DNA of 64,000 nucleotides from Alphaproteobacteria bacterium (GTDB lineage Bacteria; Pseudomonadota; Alphaproteobacteria; Bin95): assembly GCA_026710105.1 (NCBI GenBank), contig JAPORR010000152.1, positions 1,196 through 65,195 on the forward strand, read 5' to 3'. Positions 56,545-64,000 of the stretch are shown one piece after another. Under the pieces are notes generated by a model. The model had not been told where the DNA came from and did no database searches. It worked only from the letters and a program-made list of their open reading frames with translations. Position 1 is the first letter of the stretch. The number at the start of each line of letters is the position of its first letter. A program made the translations under genes and the position numbers.

Positions 56545-57480
56545 TTGAGCTTCTTTCCTTCGGGATGGGCGGAACTCGCTATCGAGTCCGGTGCCCCCAA
56601 GGGACTGCACAAGGGCGGCGGAGAATCTGCTGCGGGTGCTGCTCCATCTCGGGTGCAGGCATTCGTGAGACTTCCTTCCGGGCGTATAGGGCTCGCGGAC
56701 CTTTTCCTGGTTGCACTCAAGAAGCGTCTGGCTTCTTTCGCTTTGCCAAGCGCTTTTTGGCGAGCCAGGTCCGGGCCGTGAGGAATCCGGGCTGGGGGAT
56801 TCGCGTGTTCGACGCGACGACGGTCAAAGAGCCCGGCAGGACGGGATCACTCTGGCGGATCCATTACAGCGTGCGCCTCGCTGCGATCACTTCACCGTGA
56901 CGGAGACCGAAGGCGCGGGCGAGTCGTTCCGGCGGTTTTCGATCACCCCGGGCGACCATGTGGTCGCCGACCGCGGCTATCCGACAGCATCGGGTATTGA
57001 GCATGTCGCCGAATCCGGCGGATATGTCATGATACGCGTCAATACCGGTCCGCTCAGCTTCCTTCAGGCTGACGGGCAAAGCTTCAGGCTGCTTGAGGAA
57101 GCCTCGGCCCGGCTCACCCCCCGGAAGAGGCACTCGACTGGTACCGTATCCGCTGGCAGGTTGAATTAGTTTTCAAGCGGTTCAAGTCGGTCGTGCAGCT
57201 CGGACATCTGCCGAAGCGTGGCGACGAGAGCCCGAAAGCCTGGCTGTACGGGAAGCTGTTCGCGGCCCTGCTCACCGAAAAGCTGATTATGCACGCTAGC
57301 GCCTTTTCCCCCTGGGGATACGACCTCCGGGCCCTGCGGCGTCACCCCGAGTAGATGACGTGAGTTCAGATTTCTGTCGAAGCAGGTTTTGCGGGCAGTC
57401 GAACCGGCCCTGAAGCAGGCGCTGACCGATTGGCAAGACATGTCCCGCAGACTCTCTGAGCCGGCATGGAAGCGCCGCCC
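56545..57480 (+). mobile_element. IS4-family transposase pseudogene (multiple frameshifts, shortened core)
   Basis: Segments appear in at least 3 frames: PSGWAELAIESGA; RVFDATTVKEPGRTGSLWRIHYSVRL; RCDHFTVTETEGAGESFRRFSITPGDHVVADRGY...VMIRVNTG; ALDWYRIRWQVELVFKRFKSVVQLGHLPK...AWLYGKLFAALLTEKL; EFRFLSKQVLRAVEPAL...LSEP. The DDE contexts are recognisable (DAT, ADRGY, RWQVE...K). The ADRGY-to-E spacing of about 60 aa looks too short. Confidence 0.6.
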
Positions 57481-57547
57481 GCATCGAATCGTCAGCGGCG
57501 TCCATCGCGGCGCTGCACAGCATCGGGCCAACCCTCCGGTTGCTCTG

Positions 57548-58525
57548 CTAGGCAATGGCCTGCTTGTCCAGCATGGCGTGGACGCCCTGCTGCTGGTTCA
57601 CCAATTGGGTGATACGTAGGTCGCAGGCGAGGCTGCACAGCATATAGGCATCATCACGCGACAGGTTGGAACGCAGGCGGATGAAGTCGATCATCCGGCT
57701 GAGCGCCATGCGGGCCGCCCGGTCGAGCGAGGCGTCAAAGGCGAACTGAATCCATTGGTCTGCTGTCTCGGCCATCGGCGCGGCCAGTGCCATGTCCTTG
57801 CGGAGCGTGAGGCGAAACCGCCCATTGAGCGCTGTCTCCAAGGCCGTCAGGCACACTTCCCCATCGCCCTGGACGGCATGGCCGTCGCCGCAGGAGAACA
57901 GCGCGCCGTCGGCGAACACTGGCAAGTAGAGCACCGAGCCGGTGGTCAGCTCCTTGCAGTCGATATTGCCGCCGAAGGCGCGCGGCTGAACAGTGCTCAC
58001 CATGCCCCAAGGCACCGGCGGGGCCGTGCCCATGACGCCGAAGAACGGCCGGCAGGCGAGCGTGCGGCCCCAAGGCATCAGGGCTTTGCCGGCCTCCCGG
58101 TCGAGCGCGATTGTGACTATCCGTCCATCTGGAAACTCGTCCGGCAGCGCACCGCCCAACGGCCGGATCGCATTCCAGCCCCAGTCGGCCCCCAATCGAA
58201 CTTCCAGAATATCGATCTGCAGCACATCGCCCGGAACAGCGCCCGTGACGGCCACCGGCCCGGTCAGAATATGTCCGGAGCCGAGTGGGCGGGGCGTCTC
58301 AGCGTGGATGCGGCGTAAGGCTTCCGGGACTTCGAAGCCCGGGCCCGGAAGGGCATCCGGCGCGCCGGAAACGGTCTCGATCTCAACTTCCGCGCCGCTC
58401 TCTACGGTGAGTGCAGGCTTCAACCGGGCATCAAAAAAGCCCCAGTGTACCGTATTGGGCGAGGCAGGCAGTCGGTCGGGCATGACGGTGAGATCCAGTT
58501 TCGGTTCGCGCCACTGATATTGCAC
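57548..58525 (-). CDS. acetamidase/formamidase family protein
   Basis: 325 aa. HILTGPVAVTGAVPGDVL, GGNIDCKELTTGSVLYLPV, GDGHAVQGDGEV. Confidence 0.85.
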   Translation of the reverse strand: MQYQWREPKLDLTVMPDRLPASPNTVHWGFFDARLKPALTVESGAEVEIETVSGAPDALPGPGFEVPEALRRIHAETPRPLGSGHILTGPVAVTGAVPGDVLQIDILEVRLGADWGWNAIRPLGGALPDEFPDGRIVTIALDREAGKALMPWGRTLACRPFFGVMGTAPPVPWGMVSTVQPRAFGGNIDCKELTTGSVLYLPVFADGALFSCGDGHAVQGDGEVCLTALETALNGRFRLTLRKDMALAAPMAETADQWIQFAFDASLDRAARMALSRMIDFIRLRSNLSRDDAYMLCSLACDLRITQLVNQQQGVHAMLDKQAIA

Positions 58526-58564
58526 CGGGCCGCGGCGTCATTTCCAGTTCCACGCTGCGCAAGA

Positions 58565-60694
58565 TCAGCCAAACACCGGCATTCCCAACACACCCCGTAC
58601 CTGGTCCACCTGCTCCAGAGCCCAGCGGAATTGCCGTTGCCTCGGCGCGGAGATCTGTTTTGGTGCGACCAAATTGCCGTGGGGAATGCCGCGCCCGATA
58701 TCCCGAAGCTGCTGGGCGAGGAGTTCGTCGAGCAGGATGCGATGAGCCTCGACGAGAGCGCCGATGGAGTCCCGGGCGCTGTCCGCCAATTCGCTCGCCG
58801 CATGCAGCCGCGCCGGCGTCGAACGGTCATGAATGCCGTGCCGGATGGCGAGAATGCGCGCTGCCGAAAAGATCGGCATGATCGCGTTGCGTTTTATGTC
58901 GAGGCGGCCCTTCTTCAGCCTGAGCCGCCCGAACATGCCGAGCGGGGGAGTGAAGTCGACAGCGTTAGCGCAGAGCCCGATCTGGAAGGCGCGCGCTCTG
59001 GAGGCCATGTCGAGAGCCTCGCTATGTAGCCTCTTGCCGAGCGCCGCATCGCCATAAACAGGCATGCTGTCGAAGAAGATGTCGCAGTTCAGGACATCCT
59101 CCGGCAGTGAGCGCTCGATCCACCCCCCCACCTTCCGGCGCCAGCCGTCAAGGTCCATGCGCCATTCAGCATTCCGGGCCATGACGCCGCCCTGGCAGTA
59201 GGAGACCCCAGCACCGTCCAGAATGTCTGCGAGCCGGCGTCCGAGTTCTTCAAACCATCGGTCTTCCGGCCCGCCAGGAACGCCGGATGCGTAAACGATT
59301 GCATTGTCCTGATCCATGGCGAGCAGGCTTTCACCACGTCCGCCCGAGCCTAAGATCAGCACGGCGAATTGTGCTGGCGGTGGCCCGAAGCCTTCCACTG
59401 CCATTTCGCGCTCGGCAAACTCCGAGGCGCGGCGCGTCAGCGCCCGGAGTTCGCGCGAGACGACCGATGCGACAATGCGTGCATCCACTTCTTCGGCAAC
59501 GAGCCCCCCGGCGATCCTGGTCAGATTTGCCCAGGCCTTGCCAAGGTCAGCAGGCGCCTCCGCATGGTCGATTTCGCGCGCAAGGAAAACCGCATCACCC
59601 ACACGCTGCTTCAACAGGTCACGAGCGCTGAGGGCACCGACAAGGGCACCGTCCGCCGATAGGACGCCCAGATGCCGGAATCCGCCCACGATCATCAATG
59701 TATTCGCGCGGTAGAGAAATTCGGACGCCGGGACCGTCACCAATGGCCGGGTGGCGAAGAGGCCCACGGCTTCGTTCAGCGCCCTGGCCCCAAGAGAGCG
59801 GATGGCGCGGGTGATATCTCTTTCGGTCAGTATGCCGATATCGGTACCTGCGCCAGACGATACGAAAACCGAACTGATTTTCCTTTCGGTGAGCAGGTTG
59901 AGAGCCTCGCCGAGACTCATAGCGGGCACGACGATTGCCGGTGGTGTGGACATGATATCCGCCACACGATACCGGAATGGGAAGCTGTCCACACGGGCGA
60001 AGGCACCAAAATCAGCCTTCGGCACTCGGTCGACTGCGATTGCCGGCTGCCAGCCGGCCTTTGCCTCCTCGTCCGCTTGCGATGTGAGCGCGAGACAGGC
60101 TCGCTCCGCCTGGGCCAGCGTCGCAATACCCCTTTCCGCCAGACGCGGAAGCAAGGCGATATATATCGCCGCTGCTGCCCGGGCGTCACCAAGCGCGCTG
60201 TGCCGGCCTTCGATTGCGATCCCAAGCCGCTCGGCTATGGCGTTGAGCGAGGGAGCCGGCAGACGAAGCCCCGCCACCGAGGCAAGCTGGCGAATGCAAA
60301 GCGAGCGATAGGGCCGCCACGGAATTCCAAGCCGGCCATGCTCCGCCTTGAGTATTGCGAGATCGAAGCCGATCGCGTAGCCGATCACGACCCGCGTGCC
60401 GATCCAGTCTGCAAGCGCCGGCAGGGTCTCTCTCGCCGTCTCCGCCAAGCGGACCTGCTCATCCGAGAGGCCGTGGATGGCTGTGGAAGACGGTGGAATG
60501 GGCATGTCGGGATCGACCATCCGGTCGAAGCTGTTGCCGGCGAGTATGGCACCGCCGCTCAACGCCACGGCGCCAATCTGGACGATCCGATCCTTGCCTG
60601 TGTCAAGTCCCGTGGTCTCGGTATCGAGCGCGACCGCATCCAGAGACACCAGCGGAACTGCGCCCGCGCCCGCATCGTCTTTCCGATCGATCAT
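58565..60694 (-). CDS. fusion protein: DEDDh 3'-5' exonuclease + CBS pair + DUF294 putative nucleotidyltransferase
   Basis: Exo I is ALDTETTGLD, Exo II is GYAIGFDLAIL, Exo III is HSALGDARAAA. Two CBS modules follow (ADIMSTPPAIV...GILTERDI; TRPLVTVPA...GALSARDLL). The NTase motif is LILGSGGRGESLLAMDQDNAIVY, followed by a helical DUF294 C-terminal region. Confidence 0.8.
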   Translation of the reverse strand: MIDRKDDAGAGAVPLVSLDAVALDTETTGLDTGKDRIVQIGAVALSGGAILAGNSFDRMVDPDMPIPPSSTAIHGLSDEQVRLAETARETLPALADWIGTRVVIGYAIGFDLAILKAEHGRLGIPWRPYRSLCIRQLASVAGLRLPAPSLNAIAERLGIAIEGRHSALGDARAAAAIYIALLPRLAERGIATLAQAERACLALTSQADEEAKAGWQPAIAVDRVPKADFGAFARVDSFPFRYRVADIMSTPPAIVVPAMSLGEALNLLTERKISSVFVSSGAGTDIGILTERDITRAIRSLGARALNEAVGLFATRPLVTVPASEFLYRANTLMIVGGFRHLGVLSADGALVGALSARDLLKQRVGDAVFLAREIDHAEAPADLGKAWANLTRIAGGLVAEEVDARIVASVVSRELRALTRRASEFAEREMAVEGFGPPPAQFAVLILGSGGRGESLLAMDQDNAIVYASGVPGGPEDRWFEELGRRLADILDGAGVSYCQGGVMARNAEWRMDLDGWRRKVGGWIERSLPEDVLNCDIFFDSMPVYGDAALGKRLHSEALDMASRARAFQIGLCANAVDFTPPLGMFGRLRLKKGRLDIKRNAIMPIFSAARILAIRHGIHDRSTPARLHAASELADSARDSIGALVEAHRILLDELLAQQLRDIGRGIPHGNLVAPKQISAPRQRQFRWALEQVDQVRGVLGMPVFG

Positions 60695-60769
60695 GGCCGA
60701 ACTCGGCCGCTGCTATTCCGGACATTCAAGGCCGCCACACTCCGTTCGAGCGAAACAGCCCGCGCTTCG

Positions 60770-61159
60770 TCAGGCGGTCCCGGCTTCAAAAAGCGGGCGT
60801 GCCGCCTTGGCGTAGGTATGCTTGGCGACGATCTTACCGCCTGCGACATGCAGCAGGTCGAGGCCGCGCCAGCTGCTGCGCCGTTCGGGCGTGGTCGTCA
60901 CGCAGGACCAGGACATCATCGCCTTACCGTCCTCTGGGTCGAGGAACAGGTCCTCCTCCTCGAAACGAATCTTGCCGAACTTGCCGGCAAACATCGGCTC
61001 GAACGCCGCCCTGATCGCCTCCTTGCCCTCATGGCGGACGCCATTGAACTCGTCATAAACGGCGTCATCGGCGAACCAGGCCATAACGCCGTCGAGGTCG
61101 TCCCGATTGAAGGCGGCAGTGAATCTGAACGTTATGTCCTTGAGCTCATCGCGGGTCAT
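60770..61159 (-). CDS. NTF2-like (SnoaL-type) protein
   Basis: 129 aa. FTAAFNRDDLDGVMAWFADDAVYDEF.G..H.GKEAIRAAF is the typical SnoaL/NTF2-like N-terminus. Confidence 0.7.
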   Translation of the reverse strand: MTRDELKDITFRFTAAFNRDDLDGVMAWFADDAVYDEFNGVRHEGKEAIRAAFEPMFAGKFGKIRFEEEDLFLDPEDGKAMMSWSCVTTTPERRSSWRGLDLLHVAGGKIVAKHTYAKAARPLFEAGTA

Positions 61160-61237
61160 CGCGGGTCCTCCAGAGCAAGGGTTACGATGAACTATAGCCG
61201 TTCGGCCGCAGAAAGGGGTGGCAAAGGAGGGGCCACG

Positions 61238-62311
61238 TCAACCGTTCTGGGCGCGGTGCCGGAGCAAATGGTCGGCAAGTACCAAAGCCATCATCGCCTC
61301 TCCGACCGGGACGGCGCGAATGCCGACGCAAGGGTCATGGCGGCCAGTGGTGACGATCTCGACGGCCTCGCCCGCCTCGTTAACGCCCCGGCGTGGAACG
61401 AGGATCGAGCTGGTAGGCTTGACGGCAAAACGCGCAACCACTGCCTGGCCAGTGGAGATGCCGCCCAGAACGCCGCCCGTATTGTTGGAGAGGAAGGTGA
61501 TCCCGCCTTCGGCGTCCGGAACCATTTCATCATGGGCGTCTTCGCCGCGCTTCGCTGCCGCAGCGAACCCGTCACCGATCTCGACGCCCTTGACCGCGTT
61601 TATGCTCATCAGCGCCGCGGCGAGGTCGCTGTCAAGCTTGCCATAGATCGGCTCGCCGAGGCCCGACGGCGCGCCCTCCGCGACGATCTCGATCACCGCG
61701 CCCACGGACGAGCCTGCCTTGCGTATAGAATCAAGATAATCCGCCCAGTCCCCGACAACAGCGGTGTCGGGGCAGAAGAAGGGATTGTCACCGACGGCGT
61801 CCCAGTCCCAGCGGGCGCGATCCACGGTCTTCTCGCCCATCTGCACCAGCGCGCCGCGAATCGACACGCTGCTGCCTAGAACCTTGCGTGCGACACCACC
61901 GGCGGCCACCCGCATGGCGGTTTCCCGGGCTGAGGACCGGCCGCCACCGCGATAATCGCGGTGGCCATATTTCTTCCAGTAGGTGTAATCGGCATGGCCG
62001 GGGCGAAAGCGGTCGGCGATCTTTGAATAGTCCCGGGACCGCTGATCGACATTGTCGATGGCGAGGCTGATGGGTGTGCCGGTCGTGCGTCCTTCGAATA
62101 CGCCAGAAAGGATATTGACCCGATCTGGCTCACGGCGCTGGGTGGTGAAGCGGGACTGACCGGGCCGGCGCCGATCGAGCCAGACCTGGAGGTCATCTTG
62201 CGCAAGCGCGATGCCGGGTGGGCAGCCGTCCACCACGCAACCGATCGCCGGCCCGTGGCTTTCGCCCCAGGTGGTGAAACGAAAGGTCTGCCCGAACCCG
62301 TTGGAGGCCAT
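61238..62311 (-). CDS. aroC: chorismate synthase
   Basis: The internal start [29 protein letters not shown] at ATG 62311 gives 357 aa. Contains GRSSARETA and RHDPCV motifs. The track ORF to 62899 is an artefactual extension. Confidence 0.95.
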   Translation of the reverse strand: MASNGFGQTFRFTTWGESHGPAIGCVVDGCPPGIALAQDDLQVWLDRRRPGQSRFTTQRREPDRVNILSGVFEGRTTGTPISLAIDNVDQRSRDYSKIADRFRPGHADYTYWKKYGHRDYRGGGRSSARETAMRVAAGGVARKVLGSSVSIRGALVQMGEKTVDRARWDWDAVGDNPFFCPDTAVVGDWADYLDSIRKAGSSVGAVIEIVAEGAPSGLGEPIYGKLDSDLAAALMSINAVKGVEIGDGFAAAAKRGEDAHDEMVPDAEGGITFLSNNTGGVLGGISTGQAVVARFAVKPTSSILVPRRGVNEAGEAVEIVTTGRHDPCVGIRAVPVGEAMMALVLADHLLRHRAQNG

Positions 62312-63153
62312 CAGCCGTATTTCGGCTTGAAACTCGCCAGCAAGTCCGAGATATCCGCTGCCCGGTGCGGGTTCATCATACCAACGGCGTGGTAGCCGCA
62401 ATCGACATGATGCACCTCGCCGGTGACCCCGGCGCTCATCGGGCTGAGCAGATAGAGAGCGGACTGGCCGATCTGTTCCAGTGTGACATTGGCCTGCAGC
62501 GGCGCGTTCAGCTCGTTCCATTTCAGGATAAAGCGGAAATCCCCGATGCCGGACGCAGCGAGAGTCTTGACCGGCCCAGCGGATATGGCGTTGACGCGAA
62601 TGCCGTCGCTGCCGAAATCGGCCGCCATGTAGCGCACACTCGCCTCTAGCGCTGCCTTGGCTACGCCCATCACATTGTAATGCGGCATCACCTGTTCGGC
62701 GCCGTAATAAGTGAGCGTCAGCATCGCCGCCCCCGGTTCCATCAGTGCTGACGCCCGACGGGCGAGGTCCGTGAAGGAGAAGCAGGAGATGTCGAGCGAC
62801 ATGCGAAAGTTCTCGCGCGTCGTATCGACATAGCGACCCTTGAGCTGGTCCTTGTCCGAAAAGGCGATGGCGTGGACGACGAAATCGAGCCGCCCCCATT
62901 CGGAGGCAAGTGTCTCGAACAGAGCGTCCATGCTGGCGTCATCGACGACATCGCCCGGCAGCACTAGTGCTGCGCTCAGCGACTCGGCGAGCGGACGGAC
63001 GCGCTTGGCGAGCGGCTCCGTCTGATAGGTGACTGCGAGTTCGGCGCCGCTTGCAGCCAGTGCTTGAGCGATGCCCCAGGCGATGGAGCGGTCATTGGCA
63101 ATGCCCATGACTAGGCCACGCTTGCCAGTCATAACGGCCGATGAAGCAGTCAT
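62311..63153 (-). CDS. fabI: enoyl-ACP reductase (NADH) FabI
   Basis: [29 protein letters not shown]...[12 protein letters not shown]...[21 protein letters not shown] 63153 has GGAG 8 nt upstream. The stop overlaps the aroC ATG by 1 nt. Confidence 0.9.
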   Translation of the reverse strand: MTASSAVMTGKRGLVMGIANDRSIAWGIAQALAASGAELAVTYQTEPLAKRVRPLAESLSAALVLPGDVVDDASMDALFETLASEWGRLDFVVHAIAFSDKDQLKGRYVDTTRENFRMSLDISCFSFTDLARRASALMEPGAAMLTLTYYGAEQVMPHYNVMGVAKAALEASVRYMAADFGSDGIRVNAISAGPVKTLAASGIGDFRFILKWNELNAPLQANVTLEQIGQSALYLLSPMSAGVTGEVHHVDCGYHAVGMMNPHRAADISDLLASFKPKYG

Positions 63154-63178
63154 GATATGCTCCGGGATGTGGACCGGA

Positions 63179-63856
63179 TCAGTTTTCGCTCCCGGTTGCG
63201 ACCAGCCGCCAATTGGGATCGGGCGATCGCGTGTCGCGAGCGAAGGTCCACACATCGGTGATTTCCTCGATGGCGTTGATCGCGCCGGAAAGTGTCTGTC
63301 CTTCGGAATCGCGCAGCACGCCGACTTGTTCGGAGACAAACCGGATCGTCGCCCAGGCTTCATGGCGGTCAAGCCCCAAATCGGTGAGCTCAGCTTCCTT
63401 GATGCCGATCAGCGTCGCCTCGAGTATATGGCCCTTCTCCTCCCGGTCGGCGATGGTGCGCTCGAAATTGCCGAACACCTCCGTACTGGTTAGCGGCCGG
63501 AGCGTGTCACGGTCGCCGCTAGCGAAAGCGTTGACGATCATCTCGAAGGCGGCGCGCGCGCCGGCAGCGAATTGTTCCGGGTCGAAGCTGGCATCCACGC
63601 TCCGGATTTGCCTTATGCCGTCTCCGAGTGGCGTGCCGTTGCTTTCTTCCTCCTCGGTCTTGTTGCGTTCGGGCAACGCAATCACATTGTCATTGGAGTT
63701 CGCATCGCCAGCGGCATTCGGCTCAGCCTGCGGAGGGGCCTGGTGATGCCCCTGACGGCGGCCCAGGACACTGCGCAGGCGGAAGACGAGGAACGCCGCC
63801 ACCATGGCGAAGAACAACAGGTCGAAGAACGGAATTCCGCCGTCCATGGCGCTCAC
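63179..63856 (-). CDS. Tim44-like domain protein
   Basis: 225 aa. N-terminal anchor FFDLLFFAMVAAFLVF, a low-complexity linker, and a C-terminal Tim44-like fold (FDPEQFAAGARAAFEMIVNAFASGD...DVWTFARD...PNWRLVAT). Confidence 0.8.
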   Translation of the reverse strand: MSAMDGGIPFFDLLFFAMVAAFLVFRLRSVLGRRQGHHQAPPQAEPNAAGDANSNDNVIALPERNKTEEEESNGTPLGDGIRQIRSVDASFDPEQFAAGARAAFEMIVNAFASGDRDTLRPLTSTEVFGNFERTIADREEKGHILEATLIGIKEAELTDLGLDRHEAWATIRFVSEQVGVLRDSEGQTLSGAINAIEEITDVWTFARDTRSPDPNWRLVATGSEN

Positions 63857-63926
63857 TACCGGCCTCGACGGCCGATCCTTTGACTCGATTGACCAGAGAT
63901 AAGCCCAAGTCTAGGAAAGGGCAAGT

Positions 63927-64000
63927 ATGGCCTTTGCAATCCTTTTGGCACTGATCGGAGTCCCTCTGATCGAGATTGCCGTATTTATCGAGGTCGGTGG
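63927..64000 (+). CDS. fxsA: FxsA-family membrane protein (N-terminal 24 codons only; runs off the window end)
   Basis: My own translation from ATG 63927 reads MAFAILLALIGVPLIEIAVFIEVG, matching the FxsA N-terminal pattern (L..PL.EI..FI.VG). Confidence 0.5.
   Translation, partial: MAFAILLALIGVPLIEIAVFIEVG

Noticed and set aside
59672-61879. 735-aa + strand ORF, the longest unexplained ORF in the track
   Set aside because: It runs antisense across three well-supported minus-strand genes (DUF294 fusion, NTF2-like, aroC) and their spacers. It is Arg/Gly/Pro/Ala-rich with no motifs. This is the typical stop-poor antisense frame of GC-rich DNA.

Overview
GC-rich chromosomal segment of alphaproteobacterial type. 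The taxon call is inference from gene content and order: plsY-dprA-topA-rnr, fabG-acpP-fabF-mltG-yicC-gmk, regB-regA and Tim44-fabI-aroC suggest a Hyphomicrobiales/Rhizobiales-like organism. I support about 60 protein-coding genes. I found no rRNA, tRNA or CRISPR array by eye. Most of the window is core: topA, rnr, leuB, a complete suf Fe-S operon, a fatty-acid synthesis cluster, gmk, aroC, fabI, regBA and a uvrD-type helicase. Several patches deserve a second look. (1) A translationally coupled npdG-cofE-cofD coenzyme F420 module abuts plsY. (2) The dprA gene between plsY and topA looks decayed. (3) An XDH-family molybdenum subunit has no Fe-S or FAD partners and is followed by a diglycine MoaD/ThiS-like protein and a TTC38-like TPR protein. 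(4) A single 709-aa polypeptide fuses a DEDDh exonuclease, a CBS pair and a DUF294 nucleotidyltransferase. (5) A small accessory patch at 53.8-57.5 kb holds an ArsR/ArsP-like pair, TnpB and IS4 relics, and a DUF1640 coiled-coil gene carrying near-perfect 54-nt tandem repeats. (6) A long minus-strand gene string joins a LolA-like protein and a small membrane protein to an ATPase-first peptide-type ABC importer. (7) A GldA/F/G-like plus DUF4340 cluster. I found no convincing self-contained novel system such as a defence island. The items above are candidates, not demonstrations. All functional calls come from reading the translated ORFs against remembered family motifs; no database search was run.
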